From: Eledone cirrhosa
Lineage: Eukaryota
NCBI GenBank assembly: GCA_964016885.1
Contig: OZ024742.1
Location: 269,142,001-269,206,000 of the forward strand
Length of the DNA stretch: 64,000 nucleotides
Direction: 5' to 3'
Below, one piece after another: positions 51,771 through 64,000 of this stretch. The notes under the pieces were generated by a model. The model saw only the letters and a list, made by a program, of their open reading frames with translations, was not told where the DNA came from and did no database searches. The position numbers and the translations under genes were made by a program. The stretch's first letter is position 1. Each line of letters opens with the position of its first letter.

Positions 51771-53752
51771 CTAAGAGAATGTCTGAATATACTCTTCGAT
51801 TGATGGTTCCTCCCTGAAATCACCAACTGCGTTGGGGAATTTCGTTTTAATGTTTGTGTATTGTTTCTGTGCTATTTTTAGCAGTCTTATGTTAGTTGGC
51901 GTTTTGATTGGTGCTGGTATTATGTAGTCCTGTTGTGAAATGTCTGTGTGTTCAATTATGTAAGTCATTAGTTTCTTGTTGTGTGTGTTTATTGCCGTGC
52001 ATTTGTTTTTCTGGGGGTGGGGTGTGGTTCTGCTATTTTCTTGTCGTTGTTGCTGGGTGTGTGTGTTTTGTTGTTGTGTTTGCGATGTTGGTGCTTGTGG
52101 TGGTGGTGTTGAAGGTGTTGTTGGCGGTGGGGTTGTCGCCGGTGGTGATGGTGGTGCTGGTGTGGGTGGTGATTGTGTTGGTGGTGTTGCTGCTGTGGGT
52201 CTCTTTGCAGTAGACTTTACCCTTTTCTCATTTCTTTCCTCCCTTTTCAAAGGCGACGATGCGCTGCTTCTGAGTTTGTGCCTTCTTGCGACCTTTTGCC
52301 ATCCCTCTCCCACCTCACACTCCATGTCTGATTCTGTGAGGTCGGGGAGGGGTACCACCTCCACTCTTTCACTTGTTGTTGTTGGTGATGTTTGCACTGG
52401 AGTCTCTGTTGCAGCTGCATTTGGTATTGCTGTTGTTGTTGTTAATATTTCCACTGCTGCTGCTGTTTTTGATTTCCGTGGAGTGGGTATGGGTGCCACG
52501 GACCTATCGTTCCTGGTTGCCGATTGTCCTGTTGCTGGTAGCCGTGGAGCCGGATTCGGAAGGAGGGGGGTTTTCTCCTTTCTCAGGGTCTTCTCGTTGC
52601 AGAAGGCCCTGAGGTGAGTCTTCGATCCACAGCGAAAGCATTTCGGGCGTTTGCCCTCAACACTTATGGGCAGTTGAGTGCCGTTATCGAAGTCTATCAC
52701 ATCCGGGATAGCTTCGATGCACTCCTGGTTGGTTTGGATTAGTATCTCAATGGAGGAGCCGACCCAATCTTCTCTTACTTTTTCTGTACTTGCAGTACAG
52801 TTGTTTTGTCCTCGATTCCGACGAGGACAGACGCGGCCAGCCAAGAAGGGGTCATTCCGGGGGGGACGTGGGTCAGTTTGACCCTCACCATTTTTTGCCC
52901 GCAGTAGGAGGGCACCAACACCATTTCCTCGCTCCTTAGGGTCACTACTGATTGTGCCTTTGCCTCCTGGGGTGTGGCAAAAAGTACGTCTACGGTGGCA
53001 TATTTTTTGCCTCGGGTGATGTGCGTTTTCCGCTGCCACACAGACCCCAAGGCTTTTTGTATTTGGGCCTCTGTGGCTCTTTCCACCCTACGGGATTTTG
53101 TACTTACTGTACGGTACGTGACCGTACAGTGCTCTTGGGTTTCGAAAAATGTTTCCGCTGCCTTGCAGATTGCTCGGTGTCCGTTCTTTGTCACCATCTT
53201 CTTCGCTTCCTCTAATTCCTCATTTGTTATGAGGATTGTTTCCAAGTTTTTCGCAATACCTGCAAATGAGATTGGTTTTTCTCTGCTGTTGTTGTTGTCG
53301 TCAGAGCTGCTGGTACTTTTGTTGTTGCTGCAGGTACTACGACTACTGCCTCCGCCGCTGTTGCTGTGGTTGTTGTTGGTGTTGCTGCTGCTAATGCTGT
53401 TGTTGTTTATGCTGCTCGTGATGCTGTTGCGGCTGCTACTGTTGTTTTCATTGTCACTGTTGCTGTTGTTATTACGGCTGCTACTGCTATTATTCCTGAC
53501 GTCAGACGAATTAACTGGGTTTTCGTATTTCCCGCACACCTGTTTTGTCGCTGTCGTCGTCGTCGTGGAGAAACCTTGCACGCTTTGCACGAGACTTTTC
53601 TTTTCTTTCGTCACTTGCGAAAGAGAAGGGAGGGAGAGAGACACATTTAAAGAAGGGAGGGAGAGAGACAATCTTCTCTCTGCTGTAGTGATGATTGAGG
53701 AAGAAGAAGACGGAATGAGAGGGTGACGTATGAAATTTCTTTTTCGTAGCCA
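51771..53752 (-). pseudogene. Tx1 ORF1 (N/S-rich N-terminus, RRM-like region, CCHC knuckle, P/T-rich region), frameshifted
   Basis: ORFs 52775-53671 and 51771-53039; SFAGIAK, GKRPKCFRCGSKTHLRAFC; homologous to 59632-61517. Confidence 0.75.
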
Positions 53753-54000
53753 TGTTGTTTTTTTTGTTTAAAATGAAATTGTGGGTACAAAACCCCAATA
53801 ACTGGTTATTTAACCCCGAAGGGCCAAATAACGGACAGAAAGACCCCTCTCACGAGGAGGAGGGTGTCTTTATCAACAATTTGGTTCAAGTTTTAAACAA
53901 TTTAAAATTGTTTTAACGGTTAAAAATTACTATACCTTACAGAGCCGAGCCTCCGTCAACCATGGCATTCAATAATAATAATAATAATAATAATAATAAT

Positions 54001-54105
54001 TGTTTCTACTTTAGGCACAAGGCCAGCAAATTACCCAGTGCATTACTGGTACTTTATTTTATCGACCCCGTAAGGATGAAAGGCAAAGTCAACCTCGGCG
54101 GGATT
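54001..54105 (-). mobile_element. 5'-truncated Nin/Deu SINE inside the Tx1 train
   Basis: Reverse complement of the 3' half of the 28745-28935 SINE; starts within the B box; tail runs into (ATT)n. Confidence 0.88.
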
Positions 54106-54126
54106 GTTATTAATAATACTAATAAT

Positions 54127-55818
54127 GATTTCATTTATTAGCCACAAGGGCCGACATGTAGGGGACAATACAAAGACAGGGACAGTGGGGGTTTACAATA
54201 AGGTCGAGTAAAAGTGCACAATGGCAAGACTAATTTAACAATGAAAATATAAAATATAAAATAAACTATGCAAAATATAACAAAATAAATTCCCCGATAG
54301 GGGGTGGACGACCCTGGGGTGATTCGGGTACCCCACCAATCCTGAACCACCCTGCGCTTCTAGGGCACCCAGGAGAGCACCCCTCTCCTCAAGTTAGCTA
54401 GCCTATAGGCGCATGGTCAGAGTAGGCCCATTCACACGAGCCATTCTTGCCACATTCACCCACCTTCTAGCAAATGTACTGGGGGGCAGCACTTCTCTCT
54501 CCACCCTCACCCTCCTTTCCAGGTGAAACTTGAAGAAGTTGATGAGGGATTGGCCGAAGAGAAAAGTGTCTGTCTTTAGTCCTTTCAACCTGGTCCACCA
54601 TATAATCTCTTTCGCAACTGCCACCAGACAGAGGAAAATGTCCTGCTCTTCCTGACCTAAGGAAGGTGGCGGCTCGATCTTCACTATGGACTCGGCCGAT
54701 AACTGGATTCGTTCCACACGCGACAGTAGCTGTTCGACATAACTCCACAAGTCAGTAATGCACGGACATTGGACAAGTGCGTGCAGAACGGTTTCGTCAT
54801 TCTGTGCGCATCTTGGGCAGGTCCGTCTGACAGCACTTCCGTGCCTGTAGAGTTTATCCCGAACCGGCAGTGCCCCCCGGTAGCACTGCCAAGCGAGGGA
54901 TTTCTGGAAATTGTCCATCGTCCCCGGCTCAAAAGTCCTCCGGTACAGACTGGTCAGTTCGACTTCGTCGAGGCCCAAAGCTTCTCCGAGTGCGTCATCG
55001 CACTTGCCCACCACTAATCCGCTATAAAACTCGAGAGTGGAAGTTCCACTGATCGCATTGCCCGCTTGGTAGAGGGCAGTGAGTGACTGGCAACATTCCA
55101 GGTGCCAGTCACCCAGTCTCGGTCTCTTCTTGAACCAGGACTGCAGCTCAGTCAAAGAAATGAGCTGCGGAAAGGCCCGTCTGATAAACGTCGACCACAC
55201 CTGTTCACCATTGAGGCAGAATATCTGGAGATGTCGCAGCCTCAACGCATGTCTGCGCATCATTAGCCACGGCATGCCCAGCCCTCCGTGTAGAGGGTGC
55301 TGGCAGCAGATGGACCGCCTCACCAACGGAACTTGTCCCCTCCACAAGAATTTGAAGAGGAGCCGTTCCAACTTGACGAGGCGCGGACGGGGGCAAGGCA
55401 CGACGGTTAGGCGGTAATAGATGACGGACGCGATGTACGCATTCGCCACCTCCGCGCGACCTTTCAGTGATAGCTTCCTCCCAGCCCATTTTTGGGTGAG
55501 ACTGGCTACTCTGCTCGTTACCTCGTCCCAATTCTTTTCCACCTGGAGGTCTGGTCCGAACCAAACCCCGAGCAACTTTACTGGTCCGTCCGTCCAGCGC
55601 CCCACGACGCTGTTGGACGGCATGGGCTTGCCTCTCCAGGTTCCGAGCTGCAAGCCCACCGACTTTTCCGGGTTAAGTTTGGCTCCTGTCAACCTTTCAT
55701 ATTCTTTCAATAAGGTGCCGACCACCTCGATTTCTGAGGTGTTCGACACCATCACGGTGATGTCGTCCGCATAAGCCGACACCGCCTTTCCACGTCCCGG
55801 TTCGAGCGGGATGCCCTG
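54127..55818 (-). mobile_element. 5'-truncated Tx1-type LINE, subfamily B (open 459-aa ORF2 C-terminal part, 54403-55782)
   Basis: Begins just before YADD; distinct 3' UTR ending GGCCCTTGTGGCTAATAAATGAAATC-ATTATT. Confidence 0.88.
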
Positions 55819-55826
55819 ATAATAAT

Positions 55827-58800
55827 GATTTCTTTATTGGCCACAAGGGCTGACAACAAGAAAAACATCACAGACGGAACAGGACGGTACGATGTGGGTT
55901 TTGTGCCTTTAAATATTTTTATTATTTATATAAGAAAAGTAAAAAAGACATAAAACATATATATATATATAAACAATAAAATGAAAATTGAAACAATGAA
56001 AAATTCCCCAATAGGGGGGAAACCTCCGAGGGTTACTCACACAAAAGACCACGGCCACCCTGACTACCAGGGCAAGCGCCCTCTCTCAATTTTTCCATCT
56101 CTCAAACTACAGACGTATATTCAGAGCGGTCCCGTTCACTCGGTCCATTCTCGCTACATTCACCCACCTTTCAACAAACTTGCTAGAAAGCAGCACTTGC
56201 CTCTCCACCCTGATTTTCATCTTCAAGTGAAACTTGAAAAAGTTAATCAGGGATTCGCCGAAGCGGAAAGTGTTTGTCTTTAATCCTTTTAACCTTGTCC
56301 ACCACACGAACTCTTTCGCCATGGCCACCAGGCAGATGAAAACCGCCTGCCCTTCCTCATCAAAGGAAGACGGCGAGACCATCTGCACAATGGACTCAGT
56401 CGACAACCTGATCAGTCCCACACGTGACAGCAACTGTTTGACATAGCTCCACAAGTCAGCAATCCTCGGACACTGAACGAGTGCGTGCACAACGGTTTCG
56501 TCGCTATGCGCGCATCTCGGACAGGCTCGGCTGACGGCACTTCCGTGTCTGTAGAGCTTATCTCGAACCGGCAGCGCTCCCCGGTAGCACTGTCAGGCCA
56601 GGGATTTTTGGAAGTTATCCATAGGCCCCGGGCTGAAATCTCCGGAAGAGAGCAAGCAGCTGATCTTCTTCGACGCCCATGATCTCTCCGAGAACGTCGT
56701 CGCTCTTCCCCTACACTAGTACTCTATAGAACGCCGAGGTGGATGTTCCACCGATACTGGTGCCCAACTGGGAGAGGCCAGTGAGCGCCTGGAGACATTC
56801 CAGTTTCAAAGCGCTATCCCTCGGTTTTTTTCTGAACCAGGACTGCAGCTCCGTCAAGGAGACGAGCTGTGGGAAAATGTGCCTGGCGAACGGCGACCAC
56901 ACCCGTTCACCATCAAGGAAGCGCCAGAAATGACGCAGCCTCAGCGCATGTTTGCGCATCATCAGCCATGGCATGCCCAGTTCTCCACGCAACTTGTGTT
57001 GACAGCAGATGAATCGTCTGACCATGGGAGCGCGTCCCTTCCACAAAAAACGGAAGAGGAGGCGCTCCATTTTGGTGAGAGTTGGGCTGGAGCAAGGGAC
57101 GACGGGGAGGCGGTAGCAGATGACGGATGCGGTGTACGAATTCGCCACTTCCGCCCGGCCTTTCAGGGACAGCTTCCTCTCAGCCCATTTCTGGGTGAGA
57201 GAGACCAACCTGCTCGTCACCTCGTTCCAGTTTTTCTCCATCTGGAGGTCCGGGCGTACCAGACCCCGAGCAATTTAACCGGTCCGTCCGTCCAACGCCC
57301 CACGACGCTGTCGAACGGCATGGACTTGCCTCTCCAGGTGGCTAGCTGCAAGCCCACCGACTTTTCCTGGTTTATCTTTGCTCCTGTCACCGTTTCGTAT
57401 TCCTTGAGAGCGGTGCCGAGCATCTGGACGTGTCTGGTGCTCGACACCACCACGGTGAAGTCGTCAGTGTAAGCCGACTCGGATTTCCCGCATCCTAGTT
57501 CGCGTAGGACGCCCCTCATCGCCTCCAGTTTGTGCAGTAACGGTTCGAGAGCCAATATGTACAAGAGGGACGAGAGTGGACAACCCTGGCGGACTGAGCG
57601 AATGATACTGAATGGCTGCGACAGGTGACCGTTCGCCCTCACAACTGAGCAGATGTCGCTGTATATTGCTGCGATCCAACGCCTGAAAACGGGCCCGAAA
57701 CCGGCTGCCTCGAGGACCGCCGCCAGGTACCGATGGTCGACCATATCGACTGCTTTGGATTGATCCAAGTTGATCAGGGCCCCACCCTTTCCAGGTTCCT
57801 TAACCACCCTCTCTATGATGTATCGCATGAGGTGGAGGTTGTCGTGTATGGATCTGTCCGGGATGGCGCATGCCTGTGCCTCTCCCACCAGACCCTTGAC
57901 GACAAGCGCCAACCTCGTTGCTAACACCTTGGCCAAAATCTTGAACTCTGCGTTTAGCAGAGTTATGGGCCTGAAATTATCAATAACATCCCCCTTGTTC
58001 GGGTCTTTTCTCAGAAGCGCCACTGCTCCACGGCTCACAAAACTGGGAATGCTCCCGGTCTGCTGCCAGTTGCAGTAGACGTCTGCCAAGAGGTCACCGA
58101 ACAAGTCTGGCATAAATGCATAAAGCTCGTAGGGCAGACCATCTAAACCTGGCGATTTACCTCTTGTGCAGTTAGCCATCGCTTCCCGTATTTCACCGGA
58201 AGTTTTTGGCTTTTCGCAACAGTGTGCTGCGGTCGTCGAGAGCCGAGGCAGTCCGTCTAGGTATGCATTGAAGTCCATGTCCCGATCCAGGCCACCGCCG
58301 CTCCCGAACAGTTCAGCAAAGTGCTGCTGAAAAGTTTCACACATCCGCTCGGGTTCGAGCATCACGCACCGGTTTTGGTCAGACAAAGACCGAATTGTGG
58401 CTGTATTGCCACGTCGCGCCTCTGCCATCCGGGCCCATTGGACGGCTTTTGTCCCCTCGTGTTTCAGAGCACGCGCTCTATCTCTGACAACGCAGCCTTC
58501 ATGTTTTGCGTTGAAGAATTGGTCGAGTGCCAATCTCGCCGCAAGCACGTCGGTTGCGATGCCTGTCCTAAACGCCTCTTCTAGCTTTCAGACTAGCTCT
58601 TCCTCTACTCTATTTTCCTCTATCACTACTCCTTTGCTAAACCTAATCGACTCTACTTTAATTGCCCTTTTCAGGGCGAACCACCACCTGTTGTTGACGA
58701 CCGCTCCCGTCAACGCCCGCTTAACTAATACGCTAATCCGGTCTCTGTAGGCCTTGCGCGCCCGGAAAGACGCGTTCAGCTTCCAGTAACCAGGCCCTTG

Positions 58801-61797
58801 TCTATGAAGTCTATCTATGTCGATCTCACAGATCATAAATTTGTGGTCTGTGTAGTCGACTATTTTAAATTGTGGACAACTTATACTAGCCTTATCTAGT
58901 TCCCTGCAGAATACCCTATCTAGATACGATCTGGATGACCCGATGCGGTTTGTCCATGTCCACATTGGCACATTCGGGTGATCCAGTCGATACCTGTCAG
59001 ACTGTTCAAAACGTCTGAGCAGGTTGGTGAGGCTCTTGCACCCTCCTCCCCTATCCACTAGCCCCACACGATCCCAGCATGCATCCAATATACCGTTCCA
59101 GTCGCCCACTAACACTAAAGAGCGGGACGTTCCAAGAAAGGTCTCTAGACGTCTGAAGAAATCTGGCCCTCCTGCGCCTGTTGGGGCGTAGACGGCTACT
59201 AGCCTGAAAGCATTGCCTTCGCTGCCGGTCACGTCCAGCACCACCGACTTACCTTCTGGGTCCGGGAAGATGACCCGTATCGCGAGATCCAAGCCTCTCC
59301 GAAAAAGGATGGCAACCCCTTCCCCCGATCCTGGACGGCTGGGAGATGCGTATACATCGTAGCTGCCGAAGATCGGTGCGAAGGCCCGTGCCTCGGAGAT
59401 TCTGGTTTCACTGATGGCCACCACATCTATGTTTAGTGACCTGAGGTCATTGAGCAGGTGACCCTGCTTCCAAGATGACCCCAGGCCACGTGCATTTATA
59501 CTTACTATTCTGAGTACAGCCATGTTGGATGAGAAACGGGGCAAATCAGAAAGGGTCACTTACCTTGTTCGTGTGGTGAAGGGACAGTAGAACCGTCCGT
59601 TTCGCTGGTCATGGGTGTTTCCAAGAGGATGTCAGTGTATATCCTCTTGGTAACCGTCCCTCTGAAGTCTCCAACTGCGTTGGGGAATTTTTGTTTTAAA
59701 GGTTTGTATTGTTCTAATGAGATTTCGATGATGCTTATGTTTGTCGGGAGAGTTCTTGGTGTTGGTGGGGTGTAGTAATTTGTTTCCGTGATGTCTGTGT
59801 GCTGCTTTATATATTTTATGAGTTCTTTTTTTGCTATGTTTATGGCTGTTTACTTTTTGGGGGGAGGGGTGATTTTGTTGCCGTTTTCTTCTTGTTGCTG
59901 TTTGGTGTGTGTGTCTGGTTGTGTTTGCGTTGTTGGTGTTTGTGGTGGTGTTGCTGCAAGTTTCCTTGCTGCCTTTACACCTCTTTGTATGCCTTCGCTT
60001 TTGGAGGGTGAATCTAAGGGTTTTGTTGTCTTTTGTTTTTTGCGACAGACTGTTTGCCACGTCGCTCCCGCCTCAAACTCCATGTCGGATTCTGTGGCGT
60101 CTGGGAGGGGTATGTGCTCCACGGCTGTCGGTGGTAGTAGTGGAGCCCTCTTCGGCAATGTTGTTGCTGGTGTAGCTATTTCAAATGTAGCTATTGGTGT
60201 TGTCGCTACTGATGATGCTGCTTTAGTTATCCGTGGCCTCGGTACGGGTGCTACGGACGTTGCCCTCCTACTCACCGTGGAAGGGGCTTCTTCGTTTGTT
60301 GCCTGTCCTGCTCTTGGTAGCAGCGGACCAGGTATTGGAAGGAGAGGGGCCCTCTTCGGTGTCTTCTGCGGGCAAAAGACCCTGAGGTAACCTTTCGATC
60401 CACAGAGATAACATTTTGGCCGTCTTCCAACTAGAGAGTTGGAGTCCTTCCTCAAAGTCTATGATATCGGGGATAGCCTCGATACATTCCTGGTCAGTTT
60501 GTATAAGCATTTGCATGCCTATACCTGACCAGTTCTCTCTCCCTATCTTTTCTACTTGCAGCCCTGTTCTCAATTCCATCAAGGACAGACGCGGCCAGCC
60601 AAGGTATGGGCACGTCGGGTGTGACCTGGGTCACTTTGACCCTCACAATTTTCTGCCCGTAGTAGGAGGGCACCAAGACTAACTCCTCACTCTTTAGGGT
60701 TTCCAAAGAGTGAGTTTGCTTCCTGTGGGGTGGCTAAAAGTACGTCTACTGTGGCGTACTTTCTGCCTCGAGTGATGTGGGTTTTGCGAGCCCAGACGCA
60801 CCCCAAGGCCTTTTGGATTTGAGCCTCCGTGGCTCTCTCCACTCGATGTGAGATTTTGCTTACGGTGCGGTAAGTCACCGTTCGTAGCTGCTGGTCCTTG
60901 AAAAAATCGGGTGGAGGTTTCAGGGAAACTCTATTTGCGCTTCTTGTCACCATGGCCCTTGCGACTGCCATCTGCTCCACTGTGACTAACACTGTCTCGA
61001 TATTTCGGGCGACACCTGCAAAAGAAGTGGTCCCTTTTTCAGCAGCACCACTATTGCTGCCGCTACTGGTCTTACTGGTGGTGCTGAGGTCGCTATTACA
61101 GGTATCGGTGTCATTGTTGTTCTTTTCGCTGGTACAGTTGTTGGTGTTGTTTTCGTTGATACTGTTGCTGCTGTTACTGTTATTGTGGCTGTTGTTATTA
61201 TTGTTGTTTTTGTTGATACTGTTCCTACTATTATTGTTGTTGTGGCTGTTGTTATTGTCATTGTTATTGTCGTTCTTGACCTTACCGTTGTTATTTTTGT
61301 TATTGTCGTTCTCGACCTTACCGCTGTTATTTTTGTTATTGTCGTTCTCGACTTTACCGCTGTTATTTTTGGTGTTGTTCTTGGTGATGTTGTTGGTGTT
61401 ATTGTTGGTGTTGTCTGTGTTAGAAATATTTGTTAATTTTAAATCTGTAACAATCTTTTTTCCTTTGTAATATTTTCGTTTATATTTACCTCCGCTGGAA
61501 CGCTGTCTAGTTGACATGCTGATAAAGTCTCCCTCTCTCTGTGTTGTCTGACAGCGCTCTCTCTCTTTTTTGTGTTATCCATGTTGAAATTTTTCAAAAA
61601 ATATTTTTACACAAATACGAATACGACACCCCGTAAAGGGGTGCCGTATTATTTACTAGTGAACACCTGTATTAGGTGGGTCACTTCTTCTAAACTTTTA
61701 TCAAATTTAAAATTTCAATAAAAGGTTTAGAACGGTTGAAAAAGAGGTAAAACGTTGAAAAAGACTGGAGGCGATAAGAAGCGTGGCTTCACCAACC
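55827..61797 (-). mobile_element. Full-length Tx1-type LINE, subfamily C, with multiple stops and frameshifts
   Basis: ORF1 pieces at 59632-61517; ORF2 pieces at 58588-59523, 57217-58548, 56711-57241 and 56107-56490; 3' end GCCCTTGTGGCCAATAAAGAAATC-ATTATT. Confidence 0.9.
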
Positions 61798-61845
<48 letters not shown>

Positions 61846-61847
<2 letters not shown>

Positions 61848-64000
61848 TTTCTTTATTAACCACAAGGGTTTACATAAAGTAGACATTAAGGACAGTGCAG
61901 GACAATGCAGGACGGTACAAATGGGCATTTCTGCGTGTAAAAAACAAAAACAGAGGATGTAACAAAAATAACAATGAAAATAACAATGAAAAATTCCCCA
62001 ATAGGGGGGAGACTTCGGAGGGACATTTGTGGAGAAAGCCCAGTAAAAAGCCACAATGACCCTGACCACCAAGGCAAGTGCCCTCTCCCAGTTTTCCACC
62101 TTTAATTTACAGATATATACTCAGAGTAGGCCCATTCACTCGGGCCATTCTTGCTTCTCTCACCCATCTTTCAACAAAATGCTGGGAAGAGAGCACTTCC
62201 CTGTCTACTCTGATTTTCCTTTTCAAATGAAATTTGAAAAAGTCAATCAGAGCATCACCGAAGAGGTAAGTGCTCGTCTTCAGGCCTTTCAAACGTGTCC
62301 ACCATACTATCTCTTTCGCCATGGCCACCAGATAGACACAAACTGCCTGCCCTTCCCGGCTAAAGGAGGAGGGCGGGGCAATCCTCACGATGGACTCAGA
62401 TGATAGCCGGATCCGTCCTAAACGCGACAGCAGGTGTTCGACATAAACCCACAAGTCAGCAATTTTCGGACACTGGACGAGTGCGTGCAGGACGGTTTCG
62501 TCGCCCTGCGCGCATCTCGGACATGCCCGGCTGACGGCACCTCCATCCCTGTAGAGTTTATCCCGAACTGGCAAGGCTCCTCGGTAGCACTGCCAGGCCA
62601 GAGATTTCTGCAAATTGTCCATAGGCCCCGGCCCGAAAGTTCTTCCGAAGAGATTGGCTAGTTGATTTTCGTCGACGCCTAGAGTTTCCCCAAGTACGTC
62701 GTCGCTCTTACCCTCCACTAATCCTCTATAGAACGCCGAGGTGGAGTTTCCACCGATCACATTGCCCGATTGTTCGAGGGCTGTGAGCGCCTGAAGACAT
62801 TCCACTCTCCAGGCGCTCCCTCCCGCTCTTCGCTTGACCCAGGACTGCAGCTCCGTCAAGGAAACGAGCTGGGGAAATACGCGCCTAGCAAACGGCGACC
62901 ACACCTGATCACCGTCGAGGAAGAGGTGGAGATGTCGTAGCCTGAGCGCGTGCCTGCGCATCATCAGCCACGGCATGCCCAGCCCTCCACGTAGCGGGTG
63001 TTGACCACAGATGGACCGCCTGACCATCGGAGCACGTCCCTTCCACAAAAAGCGAAAGAGCAAACGCTCCAGCGCAGTCAGGCGAGGCTTAGGACAAGGT
63101 ACGACGGTCAGGCGGTAGCAGATGACAGACGCGATGTACGCGTTAGCCACCTCCGCTCGACCTTTCAGGGATAGCTTCCTCTCCGCCCATTTCTGGGTGA
63201 GAGAAGCCACCCTGCTCGTCACCTCGTCCCAGTTTTTGTCCGTCTGGAGGTCCGGACCGAATCAGACCCCTAGCAATTTAACCGGTCCGTCCGTCCAGCG
63301 TCCGACGACGCTGTTGGACGGCATGGACCTGCCTCTCCAGGTGCCGAGCTGCAGGCCCACTGATTTTTCCTGGTTGATCATTGCTCCTGTCACCGCTTCG
63401 TATTCTCTTAGTGTAGTGCCGATCGCCTCGATGTGTTTGGCGTTCGACACCACTACGGTGACATCGTCCGCATATGCTGACACGGATCTTCCGCATCCTA
63501 GTTCGCGCGGGACTCCCCTCAACGTCTCCAGTTTGTGCAGTAATGGCTCGAGAGTCAATACGTACAAGAGGGACGAGAGGGGACATCCTTGGCGGACCGA
63601 GCGCATGATGTTGAACGGTTCCGACAGGTGACCGTTCACTCTCACCACAGAGCAGATGTCGCTGTGCATGGCAGCGATCCAGCATCTGAAGACGGGCCCA
63701 AAGCCAGCCGCCCTCAGGACTGCCGCTAGGTAACGATGGTCGACCCTATCGAAAGCTTTCGACTGATCTAAATTGATCAAGGACCCACCCGTGCCAGGTT
63801 CCCTAGCTACCCTCTCTACGATGTATCGCATGAGGTGGAGGTTGTCGTGGATGGATCTGTCGGGAATGGCGCATGTCTGCGCCTCTCCCACCAGACCACC
63901 AACGACAAGCGCCAACCTCTTTGCTAGCACCTTGGCCAAAATCTTAAACTCTGTGTTTAGCAGAGTTATGGGCCGGAAATTGTCTATGTTATCCCCCTTG
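61846..64000 (-). mobile_element. Tx1-type LINE, second subfamily A copy (runs off the window)
   Basis: Near-identical to 47963-50105; premature TGA (GV*FG) near 63262. Confidence 0.9.

Larger units (their letters stand above)
47963..53970 (-). mobile_element. Full-length Tx1-type (L1 clade) LINE, subfamily A
   Basis: 5' UTR, ORF1, ORF2 (APE-RT-Zn), 3' UTR ending CCCTTGTGGTTAATAAAGAAATC-(ATT)n; (AAT)n on both sides. Confidence 0.9.

Noticed and set aside
63255-63270. In-frame TGA in the last Tx1 ORF2 as possible recoding
   Set aside because: Subfamily A copy 1 and subfamilies B and C have TGG (Trp) here, so it is a simple nonsense mutation.
40081-63685. Numerous 60-250 aa antisense or alternate-frame ORFs inside the Dong and Tx1 elements
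   Set aside because: Shadow ORFs of the real coding frames; they recur only because the elements are duplicated.
39395-64000. Telomeric retrotransposon array (HeT-A/TART/SART-like)
   Set aside because: The spacers are (AAT)n, not TTAGGG-type repeats. The array has mixed polarity and nothing indicates a chromosome end.

Overview
This is AT-rich eukaryotic DNA made almost entirely of transposons and microsatellites. I found no convincing host protein-coding gene. The Nin/Deu-domain tRNA-SINE and the huge (TA)n tracts suggest a coleoid cephalopod, probably an octopod (inference). The window has two microsatellite niches. (1) About 1-36 kb is a (TA)n landscape of Penelope-like element (PLE) remnants: Naiad-type CxCx5C and Neptune-type GIY-YIG pieces. 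Most are asymmetric fold-back inverted repeats carrying type I hammerhead ribozyme (HHR) motifs, including non-canonical cores (CCGANGA, TTGACAA). A 483-bp HHR-bearing tandem array at 1661-2860 looks like a non-LTR retrozyme / circular-RNA insertion. (2) About 39.4-64 kb is a train of young non-LTR retrotransposons, each junction an (AAT)n tract: two R4/Dong-type RLE elements on +, meeting tail-to-tail with four Tx1-type (L1 clade) APE elements of three subfamilies on -, plus a truncated SINE whose 3' tail resembles the Tx1 3' tail. Nearly all YI/HT/CV-rich ORFs in the supplied track are microsatellite artefacts. All alignments and RNA folds were done by eye, and boundaries of degraded elements are approximate.
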